Assembly: GCF_002854065.1 (NCBI RefSeq)
Contig: NZ_CP024147.1
DNA: 64,000 bases
Reading direction: 5' to 3' (one strand)
Source: Escherichia coli
Lineage (GTDB): Bacteria > Pseudomonadota > Gammaproteobacteria > Enterobacterales > Enterobacteriaceae
Part shown: positions 22,638-33,594 of the stretch, one piece after another
Position numbering within the stretch: the first letter of the stretch is position 1
Layout of the letters: the number at the start of each line of letters is the position of its first letter
Program-made: the position numbers and the translations under genes
The notes under the pieces: model-generated
The model's database searches: none
Told to the model about the DNA's origin: nothing
Seen by the model: only the letters and a program-made list of their open reading frames with translations

Positions 22638-24398
22638 ATGATTTTTACACTTCGCCCATATCAGCAAGAAGCCGTGGATGCCACGCTCAACCATTTTCGT
22701 CGTCATAAAACCCCTGCCGTTATCGTGCTGCCCACCGGTGCAGGTAAAAGCCTGGTGATAGCGGAACTTGCGCGGCTGGCTCGTGGTCGCGTGCTGGTGC
22801 TGGCACACGTTAAAGAACTGGTGGCGCAAAACCATGCAAAGTATCAGGCGCTGGGGCTGGAAGCCGATATTTTTGCCTCCGGGCTAAAGCGCAAAGAGAG
22901 CCACGGTAAAGTGGTATTTGGCAGCGTGCAATCAGTCGCCCGTAATCTTGATGCCTTTCAGGGTGAATTTTCGCTGTTGATTGTCGATGAATGCCACCGT
23001 ATTGGTGACGATGAAGAGAGCCAGTATCAGCAAATCCTTACTCACCTGACAAAAGTGAATCCCCACTTACGCCTGCTGGGGCTGACCGCCACGCCTTTTC
23101 GATTGGGCAAAGGCTGGATCTACCAGTTCCATTATCACGGCATGGTACGCGGCGATGAGAAAGCCCTTTTCCGTGACTGCATTTATGAGCTGCCGCTGCG
23201 TTATATGATTAAACACGGCTATCTGACGCCGCCAGAACGACTGGATATGCCAGTAGTGCAATACGATTTCAGCCGCTTGCAGGCACAGAGTAACGGGCTG
23301 TTCAGCGAAGCCGATCTCAACCGTGAGCTGAAAAAACAACAACGTATTACCCCGCACATCATCAGCCAGATTATGGAGTTTGCTGCAACACGCAAAGGGG
23401 TGATGATTTTCGCCGCCACCGTTGAACACGCAAAAGAGATTGTGGGATTACTACCCGCCGAAGATGCTGCACTGATTACTGGCGACACCCCCGGCGCTGA
23501 GCGCGATGTGTTAATTGAAGATTTTAAAGCCCAGCGTTTTCGCTATCTGGTCAACGTCGCAGTACTGACCACCGGATTTGACGCCCCGCACGTCGATCTT
23601 ATCGCCATTCTGCGCCCTACCGAATCAGTGAGTCTTTACCAACAAATTGTCGGGCGCGGTCTGCGTCTCGCTCCGGGCAAGACTGATTGTTTAATCCTTG
23701 ATTATGCGGGTAATCCTCACGATCTCTACGCGCCGGAAGTTGGTACACCTAAAGGCAAAAGTGACAACGTCCCGGTACAGGTTTTCTGCCCTGCCTGTGG
23801 TTTTGCCAACACCTTTTGGGGGAAAACGACCGCCGACGGGACATTGATTGAACACTTTGGTCGTCGCTGCCAGGGATGGTTTGAAGATGACGACGGTCAT
23901 CGCGAACAGTGTGACTTCCGTTTCCGTTTTAAAAATTGCCCGCAATGTAACGCGGAAAACGATATTGCCGCCCGCCGCTGCCGCGAATGTGACACCGTAC
24001 TGGTTGATCCGGATGATATGTTAAAAGCGGCGCTACGACTGAAAGACGCGCTGGTATTACGCTGTAGCGGCATGTCTTTACAGCATGGGCACGACGAGAA
24101 AGGCGAATGGTTGAAAATCACCTATTACGATGAAGACGGCGCGGATGTGAGTGAGCGTTTCCGTCTGCAAACGCCCGCCCAGCGTACCGCCTTCGAGCAG
24201 CTTTTTATCCGCCCGCATACGCGCACACCGGGCATCCCTCTGCGCTGGATCACCGCCGCCGATATCCTCGCCCAGCAAGCCTTATTGCGACACCCGGATT
24301 TTGTCGTTGCCCGCATGAAAGGTCAGTACTGGCAAGTGCGTGAAAAAGTGTTCGATTACGAAGGTCGTTTTCGTCGGGCGCACGAATTACGCGGTTAA
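22638..24398 (+). CDS. radD: Superfamily-2 DNA repair helicase RadD
   Basis: 586-aa ORF with Walker A (PTGAGKS), DECH box and C-terminal zinc-finger-like Cys clusters; matches YejH/RadD as recalled. Confidence 0.9.
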   Translation: MIFTLRPYQQEAVDATLNHFRRHKTPAVIVLPTGAGKSLVIAELARLARGRVLVLAHVKELVAQNHAKYQALGLEADIFASGLKRKESHGKVVFGSVQSVARNLDAFQGEFSLLIVDECHRIGDDEESQYQQILTHLTKVNPHLRLLGLTATPFRLGKGWIYQFHYHGMVRGDEKALFRDCIYELPLRYMIKHGYLTPPERLDMPVVQYDFSRLQAQSNGLFSEADLNRELKKQQRITPHIISQIMEFAATRKGVMIFAATVEHAKEIVGLLPAEDAALITGDTPGAERDVLIEDFKAQRFRYLVNVAVLTTGFDAPHVDLIAILRPTESVSLYQQIVGRGLRLAPGKTDCLILDYAGNPHDLYAPEVGTPKGKSDNVPVQVFCPACGFANTFWGKTTADGTLIEHFGRRCQGWFEDDDGHREQCDFRFRFKNCPQCNAENDIAARRCRECDTVLVDPDDMLKAALRLKDALVLRCSGMSLQHGHDEKGEWLKITYYDEDGADVSERFRLQTPAQRTAFEQLFIRPHTRTPGIPLRWITAADILAQQALLRHPDFVVARMKGQYWQVREKVFDYEGRFRRAHELRG

Positions 24399-24414
24399 TG
24401 GTAGTTTTGATTGA

Positions 24415-24807
<393 letters not shown>

Positions 24808-24823
24808 TTGCTGAATAAGTTGT

Positions 24824-24851
24824 AAAAAACCCCGCTCCGGCGGGGTTTTTT
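24824..24851 (+). terminator. Intrinsic terminator after rplY
   Basis: aaaaaaccccgc - tccgg - cggggtttttt: GC-rich stem followed by T-run. Confidence 0.75.
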
Positions 24852-24887
24852 GTATCTGCAGATTATGCCTGATTACGGTATTGCTAT

Positions 24888-24920
24888 TTTTTGCAGGCCA
24901 GATAAGGCGTTCACGCCGCA
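24888..24920. repeat. Single REP-like palindromic element
   Basis: gccagataaggcgttcacgccgcatctggc: imperfect palindrome resembling REP units, between the rplY terminator and the yejK 3' end. Confidence 0.5.
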
Positions 24921-24945
24921 TCTGGCATTCAGAACACAAAGCCGA

Positions 24946-25953
24946 TTAATTGCCGCCAGACGTCCGGCGCTGCAATTGGTCGCGCAAATTCGGCGGCGTG
25001 CCTTTAATGGTCAAGGTATCGGTTGCTGGATCCCAGAAGATGCGTTCACCTAACAGCATCGCATCAAAGTTAATAGTCAAGCCACCGCCGCTACCGGCAA
25101 ACTTCGTCAACTGACGCAGTGTGCTACGGTCTGCCGGGAAGCTCTCTTCCAGTTCGTAGCCTTTTTCAGCCGCAAACTCCGTGAAGCTCACTTCGCTGAC
25201 GCCTGCCAGCTCTTTCGACAGCGACTCCAGTTCGATCTCTTCGCCTGCCTGCAGCTGCTCATTACAGTAGCTATAAACCTGCTGGCGCACGTTCTGTCGC
25301 TCTGCTTTATCCAGTTGTGCTTCGGCAGTGAAATCATCAACCGCTTGCAACAGCCCACGGTTTTGCGCTTTCGCGTTTAAACCTTCGCTGGCCCCGAGGA
25401 AATCCATAAAGAAATCCGCCACTTTGCGCCCTACTCTCCCTTTCAGGAAAGTGAGATAGCGGGTGGACTCTGGATTGGTTTCCCATTCGGTTAAATCGAT
25501 ACGCGCAACAATATCCGCATGATTGATATCAAGATAATGGGTTGGGTTGATGTCGAGATTTTCGTTAACGCGCATACTGCTCAGGTTGCTCAGAACTGCC
25601 ACCAGCAGATACTCCACCGCCAGATAACGGTAGTGGCAAAACAGCACGAATCCACCGTCAGCAAAAGGATATTTCGCTAATTCGTCACGCAGGCGACCGG
25701 TTGCCGCGCGGCTAAATGCCAGAAAGTCCTCTTCGCCCTGACGCTGTAAGCGCAGCGTCTGCGCCAGTTCACTCTCTTCGCTAAACAAGCCGTAAGCTTT
25801 ATTTTTGGCGCTATAGACCCGATGCAGTTCTGCCACCATCTCAACGACGGTTTCTGTCGGTTCCAGCAATGAATCGCGCAACACCAGCTCAAGGTTCTGC
25901 TCATCACGCTTGATAAGCTGGTGCAGAGCAATCTGGTTGATATCCAGACTCAT
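24946..25953 (-). CDS. yejK: Nucleoid-associated protein YejK/NdpA
   Basis: 335-aa ORF matching YejK as recalled. Confidence 0.92.
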
Positions 25954-26134
25954 GATAAACTCTCCTTTAAGACCGGGCGGTATTCAACCACCGCCGGTTA
26001 AGCGACGCAATAAAAGATGGCGGTCATTTTACAGAAGGCGGCGTAACGAGAATGATTTAACGCATAAAAAAGCAGAAAAAAAACCGTTGCTACGGTAATA
26101 TGTTGCCCTTTCATCAACTAACTGATTTCGATTT

Positions 26135-26362
26135 ATGCCACAAATTTCCCGCTACAGTGATGAACAGGTTGAACAATTGCTCGCAGAGCTGCTCAACGTA
26201 CTGGAAAAACATAAGGCTCCGACCGACCTTTCCCTGATGGTGTTAGGCAACATGGTCACTAACCTTATCAATACCAGCATTGCCCCGGCCCAACGCCAGG
26301 CAATTGCCAACTCTTTTGCCCGCGCCTTACAGTCCTCTATCAACGAAGACAAAGCGCACTAA
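26135..26362 (+). CDS. yejL: UPF0352 small protein YejL
   Basis: 75-aa ORF immediately upstream of yejM, divergent from yejK; matches YejL as recalled. Confidence 0.88.
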
Positions 26363-26381
26363 GGGAAACAGATAACAGGTT

Positions 26382-28142
26382 ATGGTAACTCATCGTCAGC
26401 GCTACCGTGAAAAAGTCTCCCAGATGGTCAGTTGGGGGCACTGGTTTGCACTGTTCAATATTCTGCTTTCGCTCGTCATTGGCAGCCGTTACCTGTTTAT
26501 CGCCGACTGGCCGACCACGCTTGCTGGTCGCATTTATTCCTACGTAAGCATTATCGGCCATTTCAGCTTCCTGGTGTTCGCCGCCTACTTGCTGATCCTC
26601 TTCCCGCTGACCTTTATCGTCGGCTCCCAGAGGCTGATGAGGTTTTTGTCCGTCATTCTGGCAACGGCGGGAATGACGCTATTACTGATCGATAGCGAAG
26701 TCTTTACTCGTTTCCATCTCCATCTTAATCCCATCGTCTGGCAACTGGTTATCAACCCAGACGAAAATGAGATGGCGCGCGACTGGCAGCTGATGTTCAT
26801 CAGCGTGCCGGTTATTTTATTGCTTGAACTGGTGTTTGCGACGTGGAGCTGGCAAAAGCTGCGCAGCCTGACGCGTCGTCGACGCTTCGCGCGCCCGCTG
26901 GCCGCATTCTTATTTATCGCCTTTATCGCCTCGCATGTGGTGTATATCTGGGCCGATGCCAACTTCTATCGCCCTATCACCATGCAGCGCGCTAACCTGC
27001 CGCTTTCGTACCCGATGACGGCGCGACGTTTTCTTGAGAAGCATGGCCTGCTTGATGCGCAGGAGTATCAACGCCGTCTTATTGAGCAAGGTAATCCAGA
27101 CGCCGTTTCCGTTCAGTATCCGTTAAGCGAACTGCGCTATCGCGATATGGGCACCGGGCAGAATGTGCTGTTGATTACTGTCGATGGCCTGAACTACTCA
27201 CGCTTCGAGAAGCAGATGCCTGCGCTGGCAGGTTTTGCTGAGCAAAATATTTCGTTCACGCGCCATATGAGCTCCGGCAACACTACAGACAACGGCATCT
27301 TTGGCCTGTTCTATGGCATCTCGCCAAGCTATATGGACGGCATTCTGTCGACCCGTACGCCTGCGGCATTAATTACTGCGCTTAATCAGCAAGGCTATCA
27401 GCTGGGGTTATTCTCATCAGATGGCTTTACCAGCCCGCTGTATCGCCAGGCATTGTTGTCAGATTTCTCGATGCCGAGCGTACGCACCCAATCCGACGAG
27501 CAGACCGCCACGCAGTGGATCAACTGGCTGGGACGCTACGCACAAGAAGATAACCGCTGGTTCTCGTGGGTCTCTTTCAATGGTACTAACATTGACGACA
27601 GCAATCAGCAGGCATTTGCACGGAAATATAGCCGGGCGGCAGGCAATGTCGATGACCAGATCAACCGCGTGCTCAATACACTGCGTGATTCTGGCAAACT
27701 GGACAATACGGTGGTGATTATCACTGCCGGTCGGGGTATTCCACTGAGCGAAGAGGAAGAAACCTTTGACTGGTCCCACGGTCATCTGCAGGTGCCATTA
27801 GTGATTCACTGGCCAGGCACGCCGGCGCAGCGTATTAATGCGCTGACTGATCATACCGATCTGATGACGACGCTGATGCAACGCCTGCTACATGTCAGCA
27901 CACCTGCCAGCGAATATTCGCAAGGTCAGGATTTGTTCAACCCTCAACGCCGTCATTACTGGGTTACCGCAGCGGATAACGATACGCTGGCAATTACCAC
28001 CCCGAAAAAGACGCTGGTGCTGAACAATAACGGTAAATACCGCACTTACAACTTACGTGGTGAAAGAGTGAAAGATGAAAAACCACAGTTAAGTTTGTTA
28101 TTGCAAGTGCTGACAGACGAGAAGCGTTTTATCGCTAACTGA
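26382..28142 (+). CDS. yejM: Inner membrane protein YejM/PbgA/LapC (5 TM + periplasmic sulfatase-like domain)
   Basis: 586-aa ORF with N-terminal TM segments; matches YejM as recalled; proL tRNA immediately downstream. Confidence 0.92.
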   Translation: MVTHRQRYREKVSQMVSWGHWFALFNILLSLVIGSRYLFIADWPTTLAGRIYSYVSIIGHFSFLVFAAYLLILFPLTFIVGSQRLMRFLSVILATAGMTLLLIDSEVFTRFHLHLNPIVWQLVINPDENEMARDWQLMFISVPVILLLELVFATWSWQKLRSLTRRRRFARPLAAFLFIAFIASHVVYIWADANFYRPITMQRANLPLSYPMTARRFLEKHGLLDAQEYQRRLIEQGNPDAVSVQYPLSELRYRDMGTGQNVLLITVDGLNYSRFEKQMPALAGFAEQNISFTRHMSSGNTTDNGIFGLFYGISPSYMDGILSTRTPAALITALNQQGYQLGLFSSDGFTSPLYRQALLSDFSMPSVRTQSDEQTATQWINWLGRYAQEDNRWFSWVSFNGTNIDDSNQQAFARKYSRAAGNVDDQINRVLNTLRDSGKLDNTVVIITAGRGIPLSEEEETFDWSHGHLQVPLVIHWPGTPAQRINALTDHTDLMTTLMQRLLHVSTPASEYSQGQDLFNPQRRHYWVTAADNDTLAITTPKKTLVLNNNGKYRTYNLRGERVKDEKPQLSLLLQVLTDEKRFIAN

Positions 28143-28216
28143 TTAATTATAAATCAGTTAGCGAAATATCTTACTTGCAATCGGTGTGGAAAACGGTAGT
28201 ATTAACAGCCACGAGT

Positions 28217-28293
28217 CGGCACGTAGCGCAGCCTGGTAGCGCACCGTCATGGGGTGTCGGGGGTCGGAGGTTCAAATCCTCTCGTGCCGACCA
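28217..28293 (+). tRNA. proL: tRNA-Pro
   Basis: 77-nt cloverleaf sequence CGGCACGTAGCGCAGCCTGGTAGCGCACCGTCATGGGGTG...TTCAAATCCTCTCGTGCCGACCA with encoded CCA end; acceptor stem CGGCACG/CGTGCCG; anticodon loop contains GGG (assigned from memory of proL). Confidence 0.92.
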
Positions 28294-28303
28294 AAAATCC
28301 CAA

Positions 28304-28333
28304 AAAAAACCAACCGTAAAGGTTGGTTTTTTT
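28304..28333 (+). terminator. Intrinsic terminator after proL
   Basis: aaccaacc - gtaaa - ggttggtt followed by TTTTT. Confidence 0.75.
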
Positions 28334-28394
28334 ATATCTGCATTTAATTCGATAAACAGACCGTGACACATCACGGCCTGTTTATTGTCTGTTA

Positions 28395-30986
28395 TCAGAA
28401 CGTCCAGACCACACCCGCCTGGGTATTCCACGGCGATTCTACCCCTGCGCCATTGCCATAGCTGACTGACAAATGACCGCTTAACGTCGGGGTAAACGAT
28501 GACCTTATCCCAGCCTGATAAACGCCACGGGTTCCAGCCACATCATTATTAAATTTGCCATCGTCATTAACTTTCACCTGGTTAGAATCGGCGTATTCCT
28601 GACGCACGGCGGCTTTCAGCCAGGGTTCCAGCGTCGTACCGTTTTGCAGGTCCATGTGATAGCTTACCGCCGTTCCCGCTTCAGCGCGTAATATCCGGGT
28701 ATTTCCCACGTCCGCGCGCATGCCGTTTGATAACGTGTAGTCCTGACCATCTGTGGTAAAGCCGGTAAAGGCCAGATAGGGTCTAACACTCCACAATCCG
28801 TCAACCCAACGGAACCCGCTCTCGACATGAGCACCCGCGCCGTTACTATTGTAATCGCCAAACGCTGTTGCCCCATTACTCATCTTGCCATGGATGGTGT
28901 TGGCAAAACGGTCAACTTTCACCACCCCATCAACATAGGCACCGTTCTGATGCTCCCAACCGGCATAAGCCCCCAGGGTATAGCTATCGATATTACCTTT
29001 TCCGCCGCGATCAAAACCAATATCAGAATGAGAGTAACCAAAGAACAAGCCGCGAATTGTACTGCTTTCTTCACGGGAGAAACGGCTATCGATACCGAGC
29101 GTCAGGCCCGTCAATGTTTGCTCAAAACCAGCTCCCGCATCAGTGGTCACGTTGTTGCGAGTGTTAATTGCCGAACTCCACATCGCCGTATCGTAACTAA
29201 CGCCTTTTACGCTACCAAGACGCTCACGCACGGTGTCCAGTTCTGCATCAAATACCAGCGGTTGTGCGGCCGCCATATTCAGCACATCAGTGGTTGAAGG
29301 GGTAATTTGCGCGCGATTCTCTGCCAAACTCCAGCTATGGTTGCCATTATCCAGCAAGGTATATTCATACGTACCGATATCAACAACGCCTCCGGCATTG
29401 CCCAACGTAAATGCAGCATCACCGCCGCCCGTTGTTACCAGTGTAAGGCTATCTCCTGCTGCCGGGCTGGCACCGGTGTCCGTCACGAATATTTTGAAAT
29501 CACCTGTTGCCTGACCGGTGACGTTGAGCTGATCGCTCTGATGATTAGCCATATCGGTACGCATATAAAAATTGCCGTTTCCCGACAGGGTATTGGTGGT
29601 CAACGTAATGAAATTTTCCGCACTTGCCGTCACTGATGAACGAGTCACTGGCTCATCCATCATAATCACATTTGCGTCAGACATCGCAAGGTTGGCTAAG
29701 TTGAGGAGGGTGTTTTGGTTCGTCGTAGTGATATCGGCAATGATGGTCCATACGCTATTTTCGAGCGAAACGTCCGCTTTGCTGGTATCCACGGCACCAT
29801 GCGTTCTAAAAGAAGCGCCCTCAGAAACCACTACCTTACCCACCAACATTGCGGGTGCATAATTTATTTGCGGCTTCATGACCTCAAGAATGCCATCATT
29901 CCCTCTGACTGACACGTTAACCATTGTGCCAGCCCAGACATTAGCGCGGCCATTGTTGATAACCATATTTTCAGAGATGGCTTTAGAGGAATACGTTATA
30001 CTTCCATTCTGATCTGATCGACCGAGATCATATACCGCATTTGCCTGCACTCTCGTCCCAGTATCCTTTCCCAGCGATTGCATAGTGGCATGCTCATCGA
30101 GGATAGTGTCAATGGCCTGCGTGTCCTCCATAACAATAAGCCCGGAACCATCATCCAGTTCATAATTTTTTGACACACCATCTTTTATACTAAATTGGCC
30201 TTTACTGTTTGTACCACTCACTTCCAGCGCATTCGTTGAGACAATTAATTTTCCGCCTGCTTTTTTATCAACGCCAGTTGCAGTCCCGCCATCCATAACC
30301 TCCAGTAAGCCGCCACTATCTACAGTAGTATTATAAGCGAAGTCATTTTCTTCAACTCGCAAACTTCCGCCGTTTTCCAACAGCATATTGTTAGCAATAC
30401 CATTCTTGATTTCGAACTGACCGAGACGGTTTGTTCCGAATACCTCCATGACCCGCGTGCTTGCTTTAATAGCACCGCCTGCTTTCTGATCTACCGCAAA
30501 TGCTAATCCCCCGTCTTTAACCTCCAGTAATCCTCCCTTTTCGATAGCGGCAAAGACGGCAATCCCATCTTTTTCAACAATTAAGCGCCCGCCTTTAATC
30601 GTGGGATCATTCGCCGCGCCATAAACCTGTAGCACACCATTATTGAGCGTAGTCTGGTTTGCCGCGCCACCCATTTGAACAATTTGATAACCATCATTTA
30701 ATACTGAGTATTCTGCGGTGCCATTCATTTCAATGTACTGATACCCGCCGTTAATTTCAGTATTACTACTTATACCAAATTCTTTAATATGCTGTTCTCC
30801 GCCAGAATTGATTTTCGTATTATTGGCGGTCCCATAAACCAGCTGGATATCTTTTTCCAGGACAACACCATCAACTGTCTCACCATACTCAACTGTTGAT
30901 GCCAATGCTATGGGTGAATATAACGCTGTAGCCACCAGAACAGATATTGCGGAACGACAAAGAGAAACAGAACCAGATTGATGCAT
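28395..30986 (-). CDS. yejO: AIDA-like autotransporter (type Va) with repetitive passenger and C-terminal beta-barrel
   Basis: 863-aa intact ORF; N-terminal signal peptide; internally repeated passenger segments (e.g. GGLLEV.DGG...VD.KAGG... recurring); C-terminus ...GVVWTF with terminal aromatic residue typical of outer-membrane barrels. Confidence 0.85.
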   Translation of the reverse strand: MHQSGSVSLCRSAISVLVATALYSPIALASTVEYGETVDGVVLEKDIQLVYGTANNTKINSGGEQHIKEFGISSNTEINGGYQYIEMNGTAEYSVLNDGYQIVQMGGAANQTTLNNGVLQVYGAANDPTIKGGRLIVEKDGIAVFAAIEKGGLLEVKDGGLAFAVDQKAGGAIKASTRVMEVFGTNRLGQFEIKNGIANNMLLENGGSLRVEENDFAYNTTVDSGGLLEVMDGGTATGVDKKAGGKLIVSTNALEVSGTNSKGQFSIKDGVSKNYELDDGSGLIVMEDTQAIDTILDEHATMQSLGKDTGTRVQANAVYDLGRSDQNGSITYSSKAISENMVINNGRANVWAGTMVNVSVRGNDGILEVMKPQINYAPAMLVGKVVVSEGASFRTHGAVDTSKADVSLENSVWTIIADITTTNQNTLLNLANLAMSDANVIMMDEPVTRSSVTASAENFITLTTNTLSGNGNFYMRTDMANHQSDQLNVTGQATGDFKIFVTDTGASPAAGDSLTLVTTGGGDAAFTLGNAGGVVDIGTYEYTLLDNGNHSWSLAENRAQITPSTTDVLNMAAAQPLVFDAELDTVRERLGSVKGVSYDTAMWSSAINTRNNVTTDAGAGFEQTLTGLTLGIDSRFSREESSTIRGLFFGYSHSDIGFDRGGKGNIDSYTLGAYAGWEHQNGAYVDGVVKVDRFANTIHGKMSNGATAFGDYNSNGAGAHVESGFRWVDGLWSVRPYLAFTGFTTDGQDYTLSNGMRADVGNTRILRAEAGTAVSYHMDLQNGTTLEPWLKAAVRQEYADSNQVKVNDDGKFNNDVAGTRGVYQAGIRSSFTPTLSGHLSVSYGNGAGVESPWNTQAGVVWTF

Positions 30987-31305
30987 TGAGCTTTCATCCT
31001 ATGAAATTAATTGCTGTTAAAAGCATTGGGTAGAGAAAATACCCATAGCTCCATACCCGGAGTCAGTTTTTAAAAACTGTTTAAAGAAATGCACAAGTAT
31101 TGTGATTGATTTTTTAGTTGTTTTTCTTGATGAGAAGCTGATGCAAAATTCCGTCTTTATAATGAAAATGATGCCAAAGCGAACGACAAGGTTGTAGTTT
31201 TCGCTACATGTCCATACATAAAATGGGGTAACATTCACGCGCCTGGTAGCGTTACCAACGCTACGCTCAAACATAATGATTCTAATAAAACCTCAGGAGA
31301 CTACT

Positions 31306-31953
31306 ATGCCTGAAGCAACGCCTTTTCAGGTGATGATTGTGGATGATCATCCACTTATGCGACGCGGTGTTCGTCAGTTACTGGAGCTTGATCCTAGCTT
31401 TGAAGTGGTCGCCGAAGCGGGCGACGGCGCGAGTGCTATCGATCTGGCGAATAGACTGGATATCGACGTGATCTTGCTGGATCTCAATATGAAAGGTATG
31501 AGTGGCCTGGATACCCTCAATGCCTTGCGCAGGGATGGCGTTACCGCGCAAATTATTATCCTGACCGTATCAGATGCCTCCAGCGATGTCTTTGCGCTGA
31601 TAGACGCAGGCGCAGACGGTTATCTGTTGAAAGACAGCGACCCGGAAGTGTTGCTGGAAGCGATTCGTGCCGGAGCGAAAGGCAGCAAAGTCTTTAGCGA
31701 ACGCGTCAATCAGTACTTACATGAACGTGAAATGTTTGGCGCGGAAGAAGATCCCTTCAGCGTGCTGACGGAGCGCGAGCTGGATGTTCTGCACGAGCTG
31801 GCACAGGGGCTGTCAAATAAACAGATTGCCTCGGTGTTGAATATTTCAGAGCAGACAGTAAAAGTACATATTCGCAATCTGCTGCGCAAACTCAATGTCC
31901 GCTCACGCGTGGCAGCCACCATTCTGTTCCTGCAACAACGCGGGGCACAATAA
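31306..31953 (+). CDS. narP: Nitrate/nitrite response regulator NarP
   Basis: 215-aa product from ATG 31306 (MPEATPFQVMIVDDHPLMRRG...), receiver + LuxR-type HTH; RBS aggaga at 31294-31299. Confidence 0.93.
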   Translation: MPEATPFQVMIVDDHPLMRRGVRQLLELDPSFEVVAEAGDGASAIDLANRLDIDVILLDLNMKGMSGLDTLNALRRDGVTAQIIILTVSDASSDVFALIDAGADGYLLKDSDPEVLLEAIRAGAKGSKVFSERVNQYLHEREMFGAEEDPFSVLTERELDVLHELAQGLSNKQIASVLNISEQTVKVHIRNLLRKLNVRSRVAATILFLQQRGAQ

Positions 31954-31957
31954 AAAT

Positions 31958-31993
31958 AGCCCGATGGCATGACCATCGGGCCTCTTTTTATTT
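31958..31993. terminator. Hairpin terminator shared by convergent narP and ccmH
   Basis: cccgatgg - catga - ccatcggg followed by cctctttttattt on plus; overlaps the ccmH stop codon; A-rich (taaaaata) on the other flank allows bidirectional function. Confidence 0.6.
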
Positions 31994-33040
31994 ACTCTCC
32001 TGCGGCGACAAATGTTGCATCGCCTGCGCGATACTACGTTCAATCACCGCACGGCGAGTATCGTTGGCAGGTAAGAGTTTCAACATCATCTCCCACGCGG
32101 CAACGGCTTCGCCAAATCGCTGCTGCTCAAAGGCATTAAACGCATACATGCTTAACACACGAATATTGCTATGGTCCGTTCTCACCAACTGGCGCAGCAG
32201 TTCGCCGCCGAGGCGGTTGTCGTTGGGATCAGATGAACGTGTCAACGCTTCAGCATAACCCAGTGCGGCATCGCTGTTTTTCGGATCGAGGCGATACGCA
32301 GTAGCGTATGCATCGGTGGCGATACTGGCGTTACCCAGCGCCATGCCAACGCGACCCAACATAATCCAACCTTCTATATCTCCCGGATTTTTTTGCAGTT
32401 GAGTACGCATCCCCAGCGCAAGGCGCGACATCTCTTCTTCGTTGAGCGGATCGGCTTTCGGATCCAGCGCCCTGTCCAGCAACGCCGGAGCCTGTGCCGT
32501 GGCCTGCTGCCAGATTTTCACCTGCTGATAATTGCCAGTCTGGTAGTAGCTGACGCCAGCCACAATTAACGCCACCACAATACCCGGCAGATAAACAACA
32601 TATCCGGCACGCTTACCTTCCGGCACGCTTTGTTCAGGAAACGCTTCCGGTACCACGCGTACCCGACGCCGCGAACGGGCGTATATGACCCAACCGCCAA
32701 TACCAATAGCCACTACCGGAAGCACCCACAGCAGCACGGTCAGCGGCGTTAACGGCGGATCGTAAGTGACGAAGTTGCCGTAACGCGCCACCATATAATC
32801 GACAATCTCTTTCTTACTTTTGCCTTCCTGCATCAGTTCATACACTTTCTGGCGCAGGTCGGTGGCAATCATCGAGTTGGAATCGGCAATGCTGTTGTTC
32901 TGGCATTTCGGGCAACGCAGTTCTTCAGTGAGCTGACGGAACTGTTGTTCCTGTGCTTCATCTTTAAACTGCAACACATCGATGGTCGCCAGCGCTGAGC
33001 CGGAGATCATCAGCATCAGCACGCCCAATAAAAACCTCAT
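31988..33040 (-). CDS. ccmH: Cytochrome c maturation protein CcmH (CcmH/CcmI fusion, TPR repeats)
   Basis: 350-aa ORF with signal peptide, LRCPKC motif and TPR-like C-terminus; last gene of the nap-ccm cluster. Confidence 0.92.
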   Translation of the reverse strand: MRFLLGVLMLMISGSALATIDVLQFKDEAQEQQFRQLTEELRCPKCQNNSIADSNSMIATDLRQKVYELMQEGKSKKEIVDYMVARYGNFVTYDPPLTPLTVLLWVLPVVAIGIGGWVIYARSRRRVRVVPEAFPEQSVPEGKRAGYVVYLPGIVVALIVAGVSYYQTGNYQQVKIWQQATAQAPALLDRALDPKADPLNEEEMSRLALGMRTQLQKNPGDIEGWIMLGRVGMALGNASIATDAYATAYRLDPKNSDAALGYAEALTRSSDPNDNRLGGELLRQLVRTDHSNIRVLSMYAFNAFEQQRFGEAVAAWEMMLKLLPANDTRRAVIERSIAQAMQHLSPQESK

Positions 33041-33594
33041 TGTGCGGCCTCCTTACTGTATTTCTCCCACAGCGGCTTGATCTCTTCTTCCCAGACGCGA
33101 GGATTCAGATCGCCCGCATGGCGATAGCGAATGATACCGTTGCCGTCAATAAGAAACGTTTCTGGCGCGCCATAGACACCGAGATCCAGCCCTAACATGC
33201 CGTCGCCATCAAACAGGCTTAGCGCGTAAGGATTGCCCAGCTCTTTCAGCCAGCTGATTGCCTTCTGGCGATCGTCTTTATAGTTCATGCCGACCACGCG
33301 GATGCCCTGCGCAGAAAGCTGATTCAGATATTGATGTTCCGCACGGCAGGTCGGACACCAGGTCGCCCAGACGTTAAGCAGCACTGGTTTGCCCTGAGTC
33401 AGCACATCCGCCTGATAAAACTGCCCCGGATTGTCCAGTGATTCGAGACGAAACTTCGGCACTGGCTTGCCAATGAGCGCCGATTCCAGATTGGTCGGAT
33501 CATCCCCTTCGGCATTACGCGCCAGCTGCCACAGCAGCGCCGCGGCAATCGCCAGGAAGATAATCAACGGAATTAACAATACTTTGCGCTTCAT
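33037..33594 (-). CDS. ccmG: Thiol:disulfide interchange protein CcmG/DsbE
   Basis: 185-aa thioredoxin-fold ORF with WCPTC active site; 4-nt overlap with ccmH. Confidence 0.93.
   Translation of the reverse strand: MKRKVLLIPLIIFLAIAAALLWQLARNAEGDDPTNLESALIGKPVPKFRLESLDNPGQFYQADVLTQGKPVLLNVWATWCPTCRAEHQYLNQLSAQGIRVVGMNYKDDRQKAISWLKELGNPYALSLFDGDGMLGLDLGVYGAPETFLIDGNGIIRYRHAGDLNPRVWEEEIKPLWEKYSKEAAQ

Noticed and set aside
28143-28394. Possible integrated mobile element at the proL tRNA (integrase, att duplication)
   Set aside because: No integrase, transposase or duplicated tRNA 3' segment is visible; only yejO lies beyond the tRNA, so I report an islet hypothesis rather than a mobile-element call.
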